Source: a bacterium (lineage in GTDB: Bacteria > Patescibacteriota > Microgenomatia > UBA1400 > UBA12108). Taken from it: a stretch of 64,000 bases of DNA. Below, one piece after another: positions 18,204-26,946 of the stretch (its first letter is position 1; each line of letters opens with the position of its first letter). The position numbers and the translations under genes are program-made. The notes beneath the pieces were generated by a model. It was given only the letters and a program-made list of their open reading frames with translations. It ran no database searches and was not told the origin of the DNA. Where the stretch lies: NCBI GenBank assembly GCA_021788365.1, contig JAJYKS010000001.1, forward strand, positions 70,113 through 134,112, read 5' to 3'.

Positions 18204-18959
18204 TTAGCGAAGACGAATAGCCTGGAGTGTGAGGAAAAGTGGAAATTCGCTTCTCGCGCGATTCTCCCGCATTCTTGCCTTACCTTGGCTTTCCTTGTCT
18301 GAGACCCATTCTTCACATGCATTCACCACGCAGCCTGCCGTGGTGAGCGCGTTTATATAGTACGAGAGTGGTTCGTGAAAGGTCCAAGTAATCGGTGACT
18401 TCTCGTCCCCTGGGTGCGCGTTTATTGGTATTTTGAGGGGCGACATATAGCGATTTATTCGCCGGTATTCTAACTTCTGAGTATCATCCACACCCCAGCT
18501 ACTTTGGCGGGGTATACGAAAACAAGGATGATTTATGACTAGTGTGATATCCCCACCAATCGTTGCGGTAGATACCATGTTTGCAATCGCATCTGCCGCA
18601 TCCTCGATGTTTTGCAGCGCAAGTATCGATACTACGTGGTCAAAACCTTGCGGGGGGACCGGAAGTGATTGTCGTGCGTCAGCGACAATGTATGTGTGGC
18701 GCTTGTTTTTGTCGAGCCGACGGGCTTCTTCTATGAGTTTCTCCGATATGTCGACACCTATATAGCTTACTCGCGAATCTATGGCTCTCGCGTACACTCC
18801 TTGACCACATCCGACATCTAGCACCTTTTCGCCAATTTTTAGATTGATAAGTTTTTTGAGACCGGGGAGGATAACATGCTGATGAAAGTAGTGGCCACTA
18901 CTCCCAACGATCTTGCCGTACCAGTCCGCAACAGGAGACCACGACGTGTTACTTCGCAT
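18204..18959 (-). CDS. class I SAM-dependent methyltransferase
   Basis: VLDVGCGQGVYA motif I, acidic motif II. Confidence 0.7.
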   Translation of the reverse strand: MRSNTSWSPVADWYGKIVGSSGHYFHQHVILPGLKKLINLKIGEKVLDVGCGQGVYARAIDSRVSYIGVDISEKLIEEARRLDKNKRHTYIVADARQSLPVPPQGFDHVVSILALQNIEDAADAIANMVSTATIGGDITLVINHPCFRIPRQSSWGVDDTQKLEYRRINRYMSPLKIPINAHPGDEKSPITWTFHEPLSYYINALTTAGCVVNACEEWVSDKESQGKARMRENRARSEFPLFLTLQAIRLR

Positions 18960-19119
18960 CGCTATCCAACTGGCGTTTGAGGAGATCGAGCGTATTTTTC
19001 ATTGCCTCTTCGCGTGACTGCTTTTCGGCCTTGGCCGCCTCGTCAAACGTTTTGGTCGTAATATTTTTTGGATCTCCCATATCATCGTTTGGGTTCCCAC
19101 AACCACAGTTGTAGCACAT
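18949..19119 (-). CDS. small Cys-cluster protein (56 aa), absent from ORF track
   Basis: MCYNCGCGNPNDDMGDPKNITTKTFDEAAKAEKQSREEAMK...; AGGAGG RBS 7 nt upstream; stop overlaps the methyltransferase start (translational coupling). Confidence 0.4.
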   Translation of the reverse strand: MCYNCGCGNPNDDMGDPKNITTKTFDEAAKAEKQSREEAMKNTLDLLKRQLDSDAK

Positions 19120-19122
19120 GCT

Positions 19123-19803
19123 TTACCTCCTTTTTCCCCAGTATAACATTACGACAAGTGTTGGTAGATACGTAAGGCCAAGTACTATTGCAAAAATCAT
19201 GATAATGCTGAGCTCTACTCGCGCTGCAATGAGCGTGCCGACATAAACGAAAAGTGTCACTTCTGGGATAACACCAAATCCTGTTGCCAAGAGAAAGGGT
19301 ATCGGGCGCATATCGGAAAAGCCGGCGAGATAGCTCACATTAAGCGGGGAAGACATGGTGGCACGAAGTGAAAATACGGCGAGTGCACCATGGCGATGCA
19401 AAAAGTTGTGAAAAAATTTGAGTGTGGGAGAGGTGGCGATCTTCTTGGCAACTACGTGTTCGAGCTTGTCCGATATTGCAAATGTGATGGCTGCCGTTGC
19501 CATCTGACTCGCCCAGGCGACAAACAACCCCGGCCAAAAGCCAAAAATGAGACCGACAGCAATTTCGACAAATTGTGCCGGGACGGGGAAAAAGGGAATG
19601 GCGTACGGCAGGAGAATCATTGCAAAAATGATCGCCGGCGTCAGCAAGCCAAATGATTTTATAGACTCGACTGTGGCGACGACGCTTTCGGTGCTGAAGT
19701 AGGCGCGGCCCGAGACGAGCCCGTAGAGCCCGGCAGAGAGGAGCAGTACGATCCCGCCGGTAATCATGGCGTAGTGGACATGACGGCGATGGAGACGTTT
19801 CAT
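19123..19803 (-). CDS. DedA/TVP38/TMEM64 family membrane protein
   Basis: PVPAQFVEIAVGLIFGFWPGLFVAWASQMATAAITFAISDKLEH matches the SNARE-associated/DedA core. Confidence 0.7.
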   Translation of the reverse strand: MKRLHRRHVHYAMITGGIVLLLSAGLYGLVSGRAYFSTESVVATVESIKSFGLLTPAIIFAMILLPYAIPFFPVPAQFVEIAVGLIFGFWPGLFVAWASQMATAAITFAISDKLEHVVAKKIATSPTLKFFHNFLHRHGALAVFSLRATMSSPLNVSYLAGFSDMRPIPFLLATGFGVIPEVTLFVYVGTLIAARVELSIIMIFAIVLGLTYLPTLVVMLYWGKRR

Positions 19804-19805
19804 AC

Positions 19806-20051
19806 TTATTTTGCTCTGTTCCTAGCAAGTACGCTGTACATGAGTAGATCTTCCGCGCTGCGCTCGGCGGTGGAATTCAAGGATAATTGGATTTTTTCTC
19901 TGAACGATGTGTCATTTATTTCGCGTAGCCTGTTCTTGGCCTCGTCTGTAAAACGTGTGGCCATTGTTTTTTGGCCGCGATAGCGGCCTACGGCCACACG
20001 ATATAAATCTTGTGACAGCGCTTGCATGGCGAGTTTTTGCTTGTCAGTCAT
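19806..20051 (-). CDS. hypothetical small protein
   Basis: 81-aa ORF tightly packed between neighbours on the same strand. Confidence 0.35.
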   Translation of the reverse strand: MTDKQKLAMQALSQDLYRVAVGRYRGQKTMATRFTDEAKNRLREINDTSFREKIQLSLNSTAERSAEDLLMYSVLARNRAK

Positions 20052-20385
20052 AGATTGCCTTGAAGAAGAATTTTGTCAGTTCTTCATATCGTTTCCGCAA
20101 TTTTATATCGAGAATGTCGTTGCTGGGATTATTATCTTGGGGGCGAATATTAATAAAAGAGTTATAGTCGATTTCTTTCGTTTCTGTATCTATGCCTCCG
20201 CCCCAAATATCGGATTGTTTGCTACCTTGGCTTAATAAAATTTTCTCACCCTCGTAGTGGCGATCCATGCCGGCTGAGCAGATTCTTTCTTCAATATCTA
20301 TCACCGTTTTTATATACCCGGAAAAATGAGCCTTGAGATCATTTATTTCTTCGAGCGTAAACGGCTTGGCGGATGTCTTTACCAC
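20044..20385 (-). CDS. conserved hypothetical protein
   Basis: 113-aa ORF, start overlaps the neighbour by 8 nt. Confidence 0.4.
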   Translation of the reverse strand: MVKTSAKPFTLEEINDLKAHFSGYIKTVIDIEERICSAGMDRHYEGEKILLSQGSKQSDIWGGGIDTETKEIDYNSFINIRPQDNNPSNDILDIKLRKRYEELTKFFFKAIYD

Positions 20386-20388
20386 GCG

Positions 20389-21102
20389 TTATATCCCCTG
20401 GATTGTGAGCGATCCATTGTCTAGTAAAACTGTTGCACCAGCGAATGAACGCTTATTTTCGTCAAGCAGCGTTGCGATAAATTCAGCCATTTCTTGGTGA
20501 CCAATCACCCTATCCTCTTCTGTAAAAAGAGGTTTTTCGTTTTGACTAGTTAGATGAAGATTTACTGAACCAAAGATGAGCGATGTGGCGGTAATATTAT
20601 CTTTCATATATACAGCGGTAATCTGTTTTGCTAATTGGTTTTCCATCGCTTTGGTGATGGCGTATTCTTGACCAAATTCAGAATGCCCTTTGATAGACCA
20701 GATGCTACCGATAAAAACTATCCTACCATGCCTGACTTTTTGCATTCCTGGGATAATTTTTTGAGATATAAGAAAGGGAAGTTTGCCATTGACAAGGACT
20801 GCTTGATCAAAGTCTTGTTCGGTGATCTTCGTGAAGGGATTTTTCGCATTTTGGCATGGAAAATAGACCATACTATCAAAGTCGCCATACTTATTGATAA
20901 GCTTATCCAACCAACTGATCCCCTCTTTGGTAATATCAAGAACTTCTTTGTGAAGATTGGCCTGTCCTAGTGCCATGAATTCGCGATGACGATCTGTGGC
21001 TTCTTCTATGGCCACTCCTATAATTTGTGTAGATTGGGGGATGCGATAAATTAAGTCTTGAGCGAGATAATTTGAGGCGCCGATTAGGAGCAAATTCTGC
21101 AT
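20389..21102 (-). CDS. NAD(P)-binding SDR-like oxidoreductase (atypical)
   Basis: LLIGASNYLAQ N-terminal Rossmann-like start, YAITKAM (YxxxK). Confidence 0.5.
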   Translation of the reverse strand: MQNLLLIGASNYLAQDLIYRIPQSTQIIGVAIEEATDRHREFMALGQANLHKEVLDITKEGISWLDKLINKYGDFDSMVYFPCQNAKNPFTKITEQDFDQAVLVNGKLPFLISQKIIPGMQKVRHGRIVFIGSIWSIKGHSEFGQEYAITKAMENQLAKQITAVYMKDNITATSLIFGSVNLHLTSQNEKPLFTEEDRVIGHQEMAEFIATLLDENKRSFAGATVLLDNGSLTIQGI

Positions 21103-21114
21103 GGTTTTATTATA

Positions 21115-21204
21115 TCAACCCTTTTGTGGGTAGTGGCAGTGCTTCCATTTTTTCCCGGGACCGCACCCTCCTATGCTGAAGCTTCGGCGGGTAAGCCAGC
21201 ATGA
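21115..21204 (-). other. degenerate in-frame duplicate of the SecA C-terminal zinc-finger tail, directly after the secA TAG stop
   Basis: Continuing the secA frame past TAG gives SCWLTRRSFSIGGCGPGKKWKHCHYPQKG*, against the SecA end LCPCGSGKKWKKCHYPEIPR. The DNA at 21121-21175 also resembles 21212-21265. Confidence 0.5.
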
Positions 21205-23901
21205 CTATCGTGGTATTTCCGGATAGTGGCACTTCTTCCACTTCTTTCCAGACCCACAAGGGCACAAGTCGTTACGGCTTAATTTTTTGATGGTTTTGGC
21301 GGCGGGAACAATGGTATTTTGCGGGCGAGAAGACCCCACCCCTACGGGACTTGCGGCATCTTTGCGAAGAACAATTGGTTGCGGTGTTGGTGGCTGCTGT
21401 ATTGGGGTGATTCTATAGATCTTGCGAACAACATCGCTTTCTATTGCGCCTATCAAACGCTCGAACATACCAAAAGCTTCTTGCTGATATTCTACCAGGG
21501 GGTCACGCTGGGCGTAGCCGCGTAGACCGATACCATCGCGTAGACTTTCCATATTGTCCAGGTGATCCATCCACTTTTCGTCGAGCGATCCTAGGTATAT
21601 AAAACTCTCGATTTGCGACGAAAGGTCGTCGCCGAATTGTTTTACCCGTCCCTCGTATGTCTTTTTGGCAATATCCTGCAGCGCGGCAGTGACGGCGTTT
21701 GGATCTTTTGTTTTACCGAGCTCTGCCTCTAGTCGTTTTTGCGAAGCGTCATCGAACGGAATCATCGTAATAAATTCCTTTACGATTGCGTTTATTTCTT
21801 TTGCCGATAACCCCTCGGCCGCGCGAGCCTGTACTGTAAGCGCTATTTCCTCTCCGATGAGAGAGAGAATACGGGCGCGAAGTGCGCTACGATCGTGTTC
21901 TGCTTCCTCCAAAAGTTTGTTTCGCAACTCATAGATCACCGTGCGGTGTTTGTTCATGACGTCGTCATAATCCACCACTTGTTTACGTTTGTCGAAATAG
22001 AATCCCTCAACTTTTACTTGTGCTGACTCGAGTGCCCGGGAAACCATCGGATGCTCTATTGCCTCTTCTTCGGGAATCTTTAAGGCAGTCATAATGCCGG
22101 CGATCTTGTCCCCGCCGAATATTCGCATGAGGTCGTCTTCTAAACTCACATAGAATCGTGAGGAACCAGGGTCGCCCTGACGACCGGCGCGACCACGAAG
22201 TTGGTTGTCTATGCGGCGTGAGTCGTGACGCTCCGTACCTAGAACATGGAGACCACCGGCTGCAACGACTGCATCATGATTCTTTTGCCATTCTGCAAGG
22301 TCTTTTTTGTAGGTTTTACTGGTTGGTTGCGGCTTTTCGCCGCCCAATATTATGTCCACACCGCGACCCGCAATGTTCGTGGCAACGGTGACTGCACCAA
22401 GCGTACCCGCATTTGCAATAATCTTTGCTTCAGATTCGTGATTTTTGGCGTTTAGCACGTTGTGTGGTAGATTCTTGCGTTTCAAGTATTTGCTAATTAT
22501 TTGGTTGTTTTCGATGCTCTTGGTGCCTATCAAGACCGGCACACCTTTTGCATGAAGTTCGGCAACGGCCGATGCTATCGCGGCATATTTAGCTCGCGTT
22601 GTTTTGTAGATGAGGTCAGGAAAATCCGTGCGAACTACGGGTCGGTGAGTGGGGACCACTACAACGTCGAGGTTGTAGATTTTCTTAAATTCTTCACCTT
22701 CAGTTGCCGCAGTGCCGGTCATGCCTGCCAAGTGTTCGTACATGCGGAAGTAATTTTGCAGGGAAATGGTTGCCAGGGTGCGCGACTCCTGCTGAATGTT
22801 TACCCCTTCTTTGGCTTCGATCGCTTGGTGCAGGCCGTCCGAGTAGCGGCGGCCATACATAAGACGACCTGTATGTTCATCTACGATGATGACCTCGCCA
22901 TCTTTTACGACGTAATCACGGTCGCGCTCGAAAAGCGTTGCTGCTTTCAATGCCTGCTCTACGTGGTGAACCGACTCATATGACTCTTCGTATAAATTCT
23001 TTACGCCCAGGCGTTGCTCCAGACGGCGAATGCCGTAGTCTGTGAGACTAACGGTGCGTAGTTTTTCGTCGACGTCATAGTCTGTGTCTTTGGTGAGGGT
23101 GGTAACTAGTCCGGCAAACTCTCGATACTTTTCTGTCGGTTCGGCGCCCTGGGCACTAATTATGAGCGGAGTGCGCGCTTCGTCTATGAGGATACTATCT
23201 ACTTCGTCTACTACCGCGAAGTAGTGGCCACGTTGTACTTTATCGCCGAGGCGGTGCACCATGTTGTCGCGGAGGTAGTCGAACCCAAACTCGTTATTGG
23301 TACCGTAGGTCACATCGGCGGCATAGGCCTCCTGGCGCGGCACGCGGCGGAGATGGGTCAAGCGTTCGTCTTCCTCGCCGGGATCGTGGTACTCCATGTC
23401 GAGAATATCGGCGGGGGTATCTCCCATACCGGAATAGATAGCGCCAACTTTGAGCCCGAGCATGATGAGGGCACGTCCATACCACCCGGCGTCACGGCGA
23501 GCAAGATAATCGTTCACCGTAACCACGTGGACGCCCTTGCCTGGTATTGCACGAAGATACGCGGCCAAGGCGGCTGAGAGCGTTTTACCCTCGCCCGTCT
23601 TCTGTTCGACGATTTTGCCATGGTAGAGGGTAAGTGCACTCATGAGTTGCACATCGTAGGCACGCTCGCCGGTCACCCGGCGGATCCCCTCACGGACGGT
23701 GGCCAGTCCTTCGGGAACGAGATCGTCCAACGACTCACCATTCTCTAAGCGTAGGCGCAACTCGGCGGTTTTGCTGGCTAGATCTTTGTCTTTTAGCTTT
23801 TGAATGCTTTGCTCAAAATCGTTTACAGCCTGAACAATCGGCTTTAGCCTATCTAATTCCCGCGTGTTGCCGTCAAAAAGTTTTCCCAAGATATTGAGCA
23901 T
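21205..23901 (-). CDS. secA: preprotein translocase ATPase SecA
   Basis: DEAD-like motor domains, preprotein cross-linking domain and helical scaffold; C-terminal CPCGSGKKWKKCH zinc-binding tail. Confidence 0.95.
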   Translation of the reverse strand: MLNILGKLFDGNTRELDRLKPIVQAVNDFEQSIQKLKDKDLASKTAELRLRLENGESLDDLVPEGLATVREGIRRVTGERAYDVQLMSALTLYHGKIVEQKTGEGKTLSAALAAYLRAIPGKGVHVVTVNDYLARRDAGWYGRALIMLGLKVGAIYSGMGDTPADILDMEYHDPGEEDERLTHLRRVPRQEAYAADVTYGTNNEFGFDYLRDNMVHRLGDKVQRGHYFAVVDEVDSILIDEARTPLIISAQGAEPTEKYREFAGLVTTLTKDTDYDVDEKLRTVSLTDYGIRRLEQRLGVKNLYEESYESVHHVEQALKAATLFERDRDYVVKDGEVIIVDEHTGRLMYGRRYSDGLHQAIEAKEGVNIQQESRTLATISLQNYFRMYEHLAGMTGTAATEGEEFKKIYNLDVVVVPTHRPVVRTDFPDLIYKTTRAKYAAIASAVAELHAKGVPVLIGTKSIENNQIISKYLKRKNLPHNVLNAKNHESEAKIIANAGTLGAVTVATNIAGRGVDIILGGEKPQPTSKTYKKDLAEWQKNHDAVVAAGGLHVLGTERHDSRRIDNQLRGRAGRQGDPGSSRFYVSLEDDLMRIFGGDKIAGIMTALKIPEEEAIEHPMVSRALESAQVKVEGFYFDKRKQVVDYDDVMNKHRTVIYELRNKLLEEAEHDRSALRARILSLIGEEIALTVQARAAEGLSAKEINAIVKEFITMIPFDDASQKRLEAELGKTKDPNAVTAALQDIAKKTYEGRVKQFGDDLSSQIESFIYLGSLDEKWMDHLDNMESLRDGIGLRGYAQRDPLVEYQQEAFGMFERLIGAIESDVVRKIYRITPIQQPPTPQPIVLRKDAASPVGVGSSRPQNTIVPAAKTIKKLSRNDLCPCGSGKKWKKCHYPEIPR

Positions 23902-23917
23902 GGGACGAGTATACCAT

Positions 23918-24568
23918 TTACAACCCTAAAAATTTGCTTAAATCGGAGCTAGCTCGTCGATAGTCACGCGAGTCATACAGAAATGTTTGCCAGCCAAGTT
24001 CGCGGGCAGGTATCAGATTCTTTTCTCGATTGTCCACAAAGAGAATTTCTTTGGCCGGTAGTTCGGTGCGCGCCTCGGCAATGCGATAGATTCTAGGGTC
24101 TGGTTTGTTTATTCCTTCAATGCTTGTATCTATAACCGCAGACCAGTTGTCAAAATCAAAAAGGCCGGCTGCACGAATGTCATTGAGTAATCCTGGATAC
24201 TGACCGGTAAGGAGGCCAACCTTCGTTGTTTTTGCCAATTTTTTAATGAGCGCCCATAACTCCACGTTTTTATCAAAATGCTCAATAAAATATTTTTGCA
24301 TAGAGAAATCGGGAGATATGGAGAGATTAAATTCTTTAACAATGCGTGGAACCAACTCGTCTACGTGGTACTTCCCTTCGCACACCTGCTTTTCAAATTC
24401 GTCGTAGATAATATCGAATGCTGGTACGTCAGCATCCTTAAACCCCATATCATGGAGCATTTTTGACCATTTATCTGAGTCGGAGAAATCTCTAACGAGT
24501 ACGCCACCGACATCGAAATACACAAAAGATATTTTTGGCATGTTACTTCTCTGCGACCGGGATGACAT
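23918..24568 (-). CDS. HAD-family hydrolase
   Basis: FVYFDVGGVL motif I (DxGGVL). Confidence 0.65.
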   Translation of the reverse strand: MSSRSQRSNMPKISFVYFDVGGVLVRDFSDSDKWSKMLHDMGFKDADVPAFDIIYDEFEKQVCEGKYHVDELVPRIVKEFNLSISPDFSMQKYFIEHFDKNVELWALIKKLAKTTKVGLLTGQYPGLLNDIRAAGLFDFDNWSAVIDTSIEGINKPDPRIYRIAEARTELPAKEILFVDNREKNLIPARELGWQTFLYDSRDYRRASSDLSKFLGL

Positions 24569-25805
24569 CTACCCCTAGGTATGGCTTTAGCACTTCGGGA
24601 ACGGTGACACTGCCATCTTCGTTCTGGTAGTTCTCGTAGATCGCAATCATGGCGCGGCCGAGTGCCAATACGGTACCGTTTAGCGTGTGCACGTATTCTG
24701 TCTTCCCGTTACGGTTTACTTTGATTCCGAGGCGGCGAGCTTGGAAGTCGGTGGTGTTACTGGTTGATGTCACTTCGCGATACTTTTTCTGTGACGGCAT
24801 CCAGGCTTCGAGGTCGTATTTGCGAGAGGCGGCATTGCCGAGGTCGCCGGTCGCCATTTTTATAACCTGATACGGAATGCCGAGCTCTTGCCACACTTCC
24901 TCTTCTATGTCGCGCAAATCTTCGTGGATCTTGTCACTTTCCTCTGGCAAGCAAAAGACCACCATCTCGACTTTGCGAAATTCGTGGACACGGAGGATAC
25001 CGCGGACGTCTTTGCCATAGCTGCCTTTTTCGTAGCGGTAGCATGAGCTGTATCCCGCATATTTCTTAGGCAAACTATCGGCATGAAAAGTAGTTCCTTG
25101 ATGCTGACCAACGAGCGTGATTTCTGCTGTTGCAATAAGGTCGAGATCCTCGCCCTCCAGGTGGTATATCTGCCGTTCTTTATCGCTCCGTGCCTGGAAA
25201 CCACAGCCAGTCACGCTCGCCTCTTTGGCAACGTTGGGGGTAATGACCGGAGTAAAGCCTTTTGCCATTAGTTTCTTCATGGCATACTGCACGAGCGCAA
25301 ATTCCAGCATGGCGCCCCAACCCTTTATGTAGTAAAAGCCGGACTGGGCCACTTTGGTGCCGCTCTCCATGTCGATCGTGCCGGTAAGACGGCCTATCTC
25401 GAGGTGGTCGCGGACGGAAAAGGAAAAATCCTTCGGCGTGCCGACTTGGCGAAGCACCTCGTTGTCTGCTTCTCCCCCTACTTTCACGTCGGGAGCGGCG
25501 GGGTTGGGGATGCGGTAGGCAAGAGAAAAACATTCTTTGTCAATTTTTTCTAACTCGGGCTCTTGCTTTGCAAGCTCGGCCTTTAATTCTTTGCTTTGTG
25601 CAATCAGCTCTTCCGTGCGGGCTGATTTAAGCTGCTCGTTGAGCGCATTGCGCTTGGCACGCAGGGCATCAACTGCAGTGATCAAGTCTCTACGGCGTAC
25701 ATCGCTGGCTAAAAACTTATCGACAACGGACGGGTCAAACCCCTTGTCCGCCGTAGCTTTTTTTACTGTTTCCGCGTGATCGCGGAGATATTGTTGGTCG
25801 AGCAT
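24543..25805 (-). CDS. serS: serine--tRNA ligase
   Basis: N-terminal coiled-coil arm, class II core motifs, AGGAGG RBS. Confidence 0.95.
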   Translation of the reverse strand: MLDQQYLRDHAETVKKATADKGFDPSVVDKFLASDVRRRDLITAVDALRAKRNALNEQLKSARTEELIAQSKELKAELAKQEPELEKIDKECFSLAYRIPNPAAPDVKVGGEADNEVLRQVGTPKDFSFSVRDHLEIGRLTGTIDMESGTKVAQSGFYYIKGWGAMLEFALVQYAMKKLMAKGFTPVITPNVAKEASVTGCGFQARSDKERQIYHLEGEDLDLIATAEITLVGQHQGTTFHADSLPKKYAGYSSCYRYEKGSYGKDVRGILRVHEFRKVEMVVFCLPEESDKIHEDLRDIEEEVWQELGIPYQVIKMATGDLGNAASRKYDLEAWMPSQKKYREVTSTSNTTDFQARRLGIKVNRNGKTEYVHTLNGTVLALGRAMIAIYENYQNEDGSVTVPEVLKPYLGVDVIPVAEK

Positions 25806-25824
25806 ATGCCCTCCTGTTGTTGGT

Positions 25825-25853
25825 CAATTTTCAAGTAACAATTTTCAATTTTC
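25825..25853 (-). promoter_or_regulatory. leader motif (GAAAATTG)3 between the T-box terminator and the serS RBS
   Basis: Three direct GAAAATTG copies in the minus-strand mRNA sense. Confidence 0.3.
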
Positions 25854-25892
25854 ATACAAGTACCAATGGCCATTGTTGCAAATTGGGCAACA

Positions 25893-26042
25893 AAAAACCA
25901 CGTACAAACTCCCCTGTGCGGACGTTTGTGACGTGGTGCCACCGTACTTACTTCTCTTTGCCTGCTATCACGGGCTTACCCGCTCCGAATTACCGGAGAG
26001 CATCGGCTGGTGGAAAGCCAACCTCAGACGCTTTTTATAACT
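25893..26042 (-). promoter_or_regulatory. T-box riboswitch leader of serS (Ser-specific) with intrinsic terminator
   Basis: Minus-strand leader contains AGUACGGUGGCACCACG, close to the T-box consensus AAUUAGGGUGGUACCGCG. Its UGGC matches the G73 discriminator of tRNA-Ser. Its 3' part is the 5' strand of a 13-bp terminator hairpin (ACCACGUCACAAAC...GUUUGUACGUGGU) followed by UUUUUU. A UUUCCACC loop may carry the UCC specifier. Confidence 0.6.
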
Positions 26043-26048
26043 GAGGTT

Positions 26049-26076
26049 ATTGTATCTTATTTGAACAGGTATTCAA
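26049..26076 (-). promoter_or_regulatory. candidate sigma70-type promoter of the serS T-box leader
   Basis: Minus strand TTGAAT-N16-TACAAT immediately upstream of the leader. Confidence 0.4.
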
Positions 26077-26323
26077 CTATGTATCCACCCCGGCTGCTAG
26101 GGGAAATAATTTCATTTTGTACACCAACAGTAATGATCTCACCTATATAGGGTGCGATATACGAAGCATCTTCTAGGCCTAAAACCGCAGCAAAGTTCTC
26201 TAAAGTGCGTTGGCTAATGCCCATACCAGATTCTGGGACTAATCTTGTTCCAGGTGCCCAAGCCTCTTTGATTTTTTGTGGGGTAATTCCACGGGTACTT
26301 ACAGTCGTTGATGTATAAACCAT
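26057..26323 (-). CDS. hypothetical small HTH-like protein, probably leaderless
   Basis: 88 aa from the ATG at 26321-26323 (MVYTSTTVSTRGITPQKIKEA...GISQRTLENFAAVLG); a consensus promoter ends 6 nt upstream of the ATG. Confidence 0.4.
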   Translation of the reverse strand: MVYTSTTVSTRGITPQKIKEAWAPGTRLVPESGMGISQRTLENFAAVLGLEDASYIAPYIGEIITVGVQNEIISPSSRGGYIVEYLFK

Positions 26324-26329
26324 ATTGCT

Positions 26330-26359
26330 ATTATAGCTATAGGATATTATGTTTGTCAA
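26330..26359 (-). promoter_or_regulatory. consensus promoter TTGACA-N18-TATAAT
   Basis: Minus strand TTGACAaacataatatcctatagcTATAATagcaatATG; predicted TSS at or near the start codon. Confidence 0.45.
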
Positions 26360-26388
26360 TTAGGGAGAAGGCTTCTTTCAAGAAGTAG

Positions 26389-26946
26389 TCACAGTCCTAG
26401 CTCCGGGGCAATGCTTTGCATGGCTGCAAGAACAGAAGGGATGTGTTCCTCCCACAAATCTACGCCAAGCTCACGAGCCCCCTGCTCTACTTCCTCGCGA
26501 TTGACCCCGGCGGCAAACGACTTTTCTTTAAATTTTTTCTTAATGCTCTTTACCTCCACGTCCCCTATCTGGTGACTGGGGCGAACGAGGGCCACGGTCG
26601 TCACGAGGCCGGTAATCTCGTCACAGGCGAAGAGGGCTTTGGCCAGGAGCGACTCGCGGGGGACCCCGGTGTGGTTGCCGTGGCCGAGGATAGCTTGGAT
26701 CACGTCTTCGTCTACTCCTCGCTCGCGGAGGATGGGCACGCCTTTGGTGGGGTGCTCGGCAGAGGTCGGGTGGATTTCCCAGTCAAAGTCGTGGAGGAGG
26801 CCAGTGACGCGCCATTTTTCCTCGTTCTCGCCGTACTTTTTGGCGTACGCGGCCATAGCCGCTTCTACTGCAAGCATGTGGCGGACGAGATTCTCGTTTT
26901 TTACGTATTCACGAACGATTTTTAGGGCGTCGTCTCTACTTACCAT
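26389..26946 (-). CDS. HD-domain phosphohydrolase
   Basis: HMLAVEAAM...GLLHDFDWEIHPT...HG metal-binding H..HD motifs. Confidence 0.7.
   Translation of the reverse strand: MVSRDDALKIVREYVKNENLVRHMLAVEAAMAAYAKKYGENEEKWRVTGLLHDFDWEIHPTSAEHPTKGVPILRERGVDEDVIQAILGHGNHTGVPRESLLAKALFACDEITGLVTTVALVRPSHQIGDVEVKSIKKKFKEKSFAAGVNREEVEQGARELGVDLWEEHIPSVLAAMQSIAPELGL

Noticed and set aside
25817-26044. 75-aa plus-strand ORF upstream of serS
   Set aside because: The region is better explained as the minus-strand T-box leader and terminator. There is no RBS.
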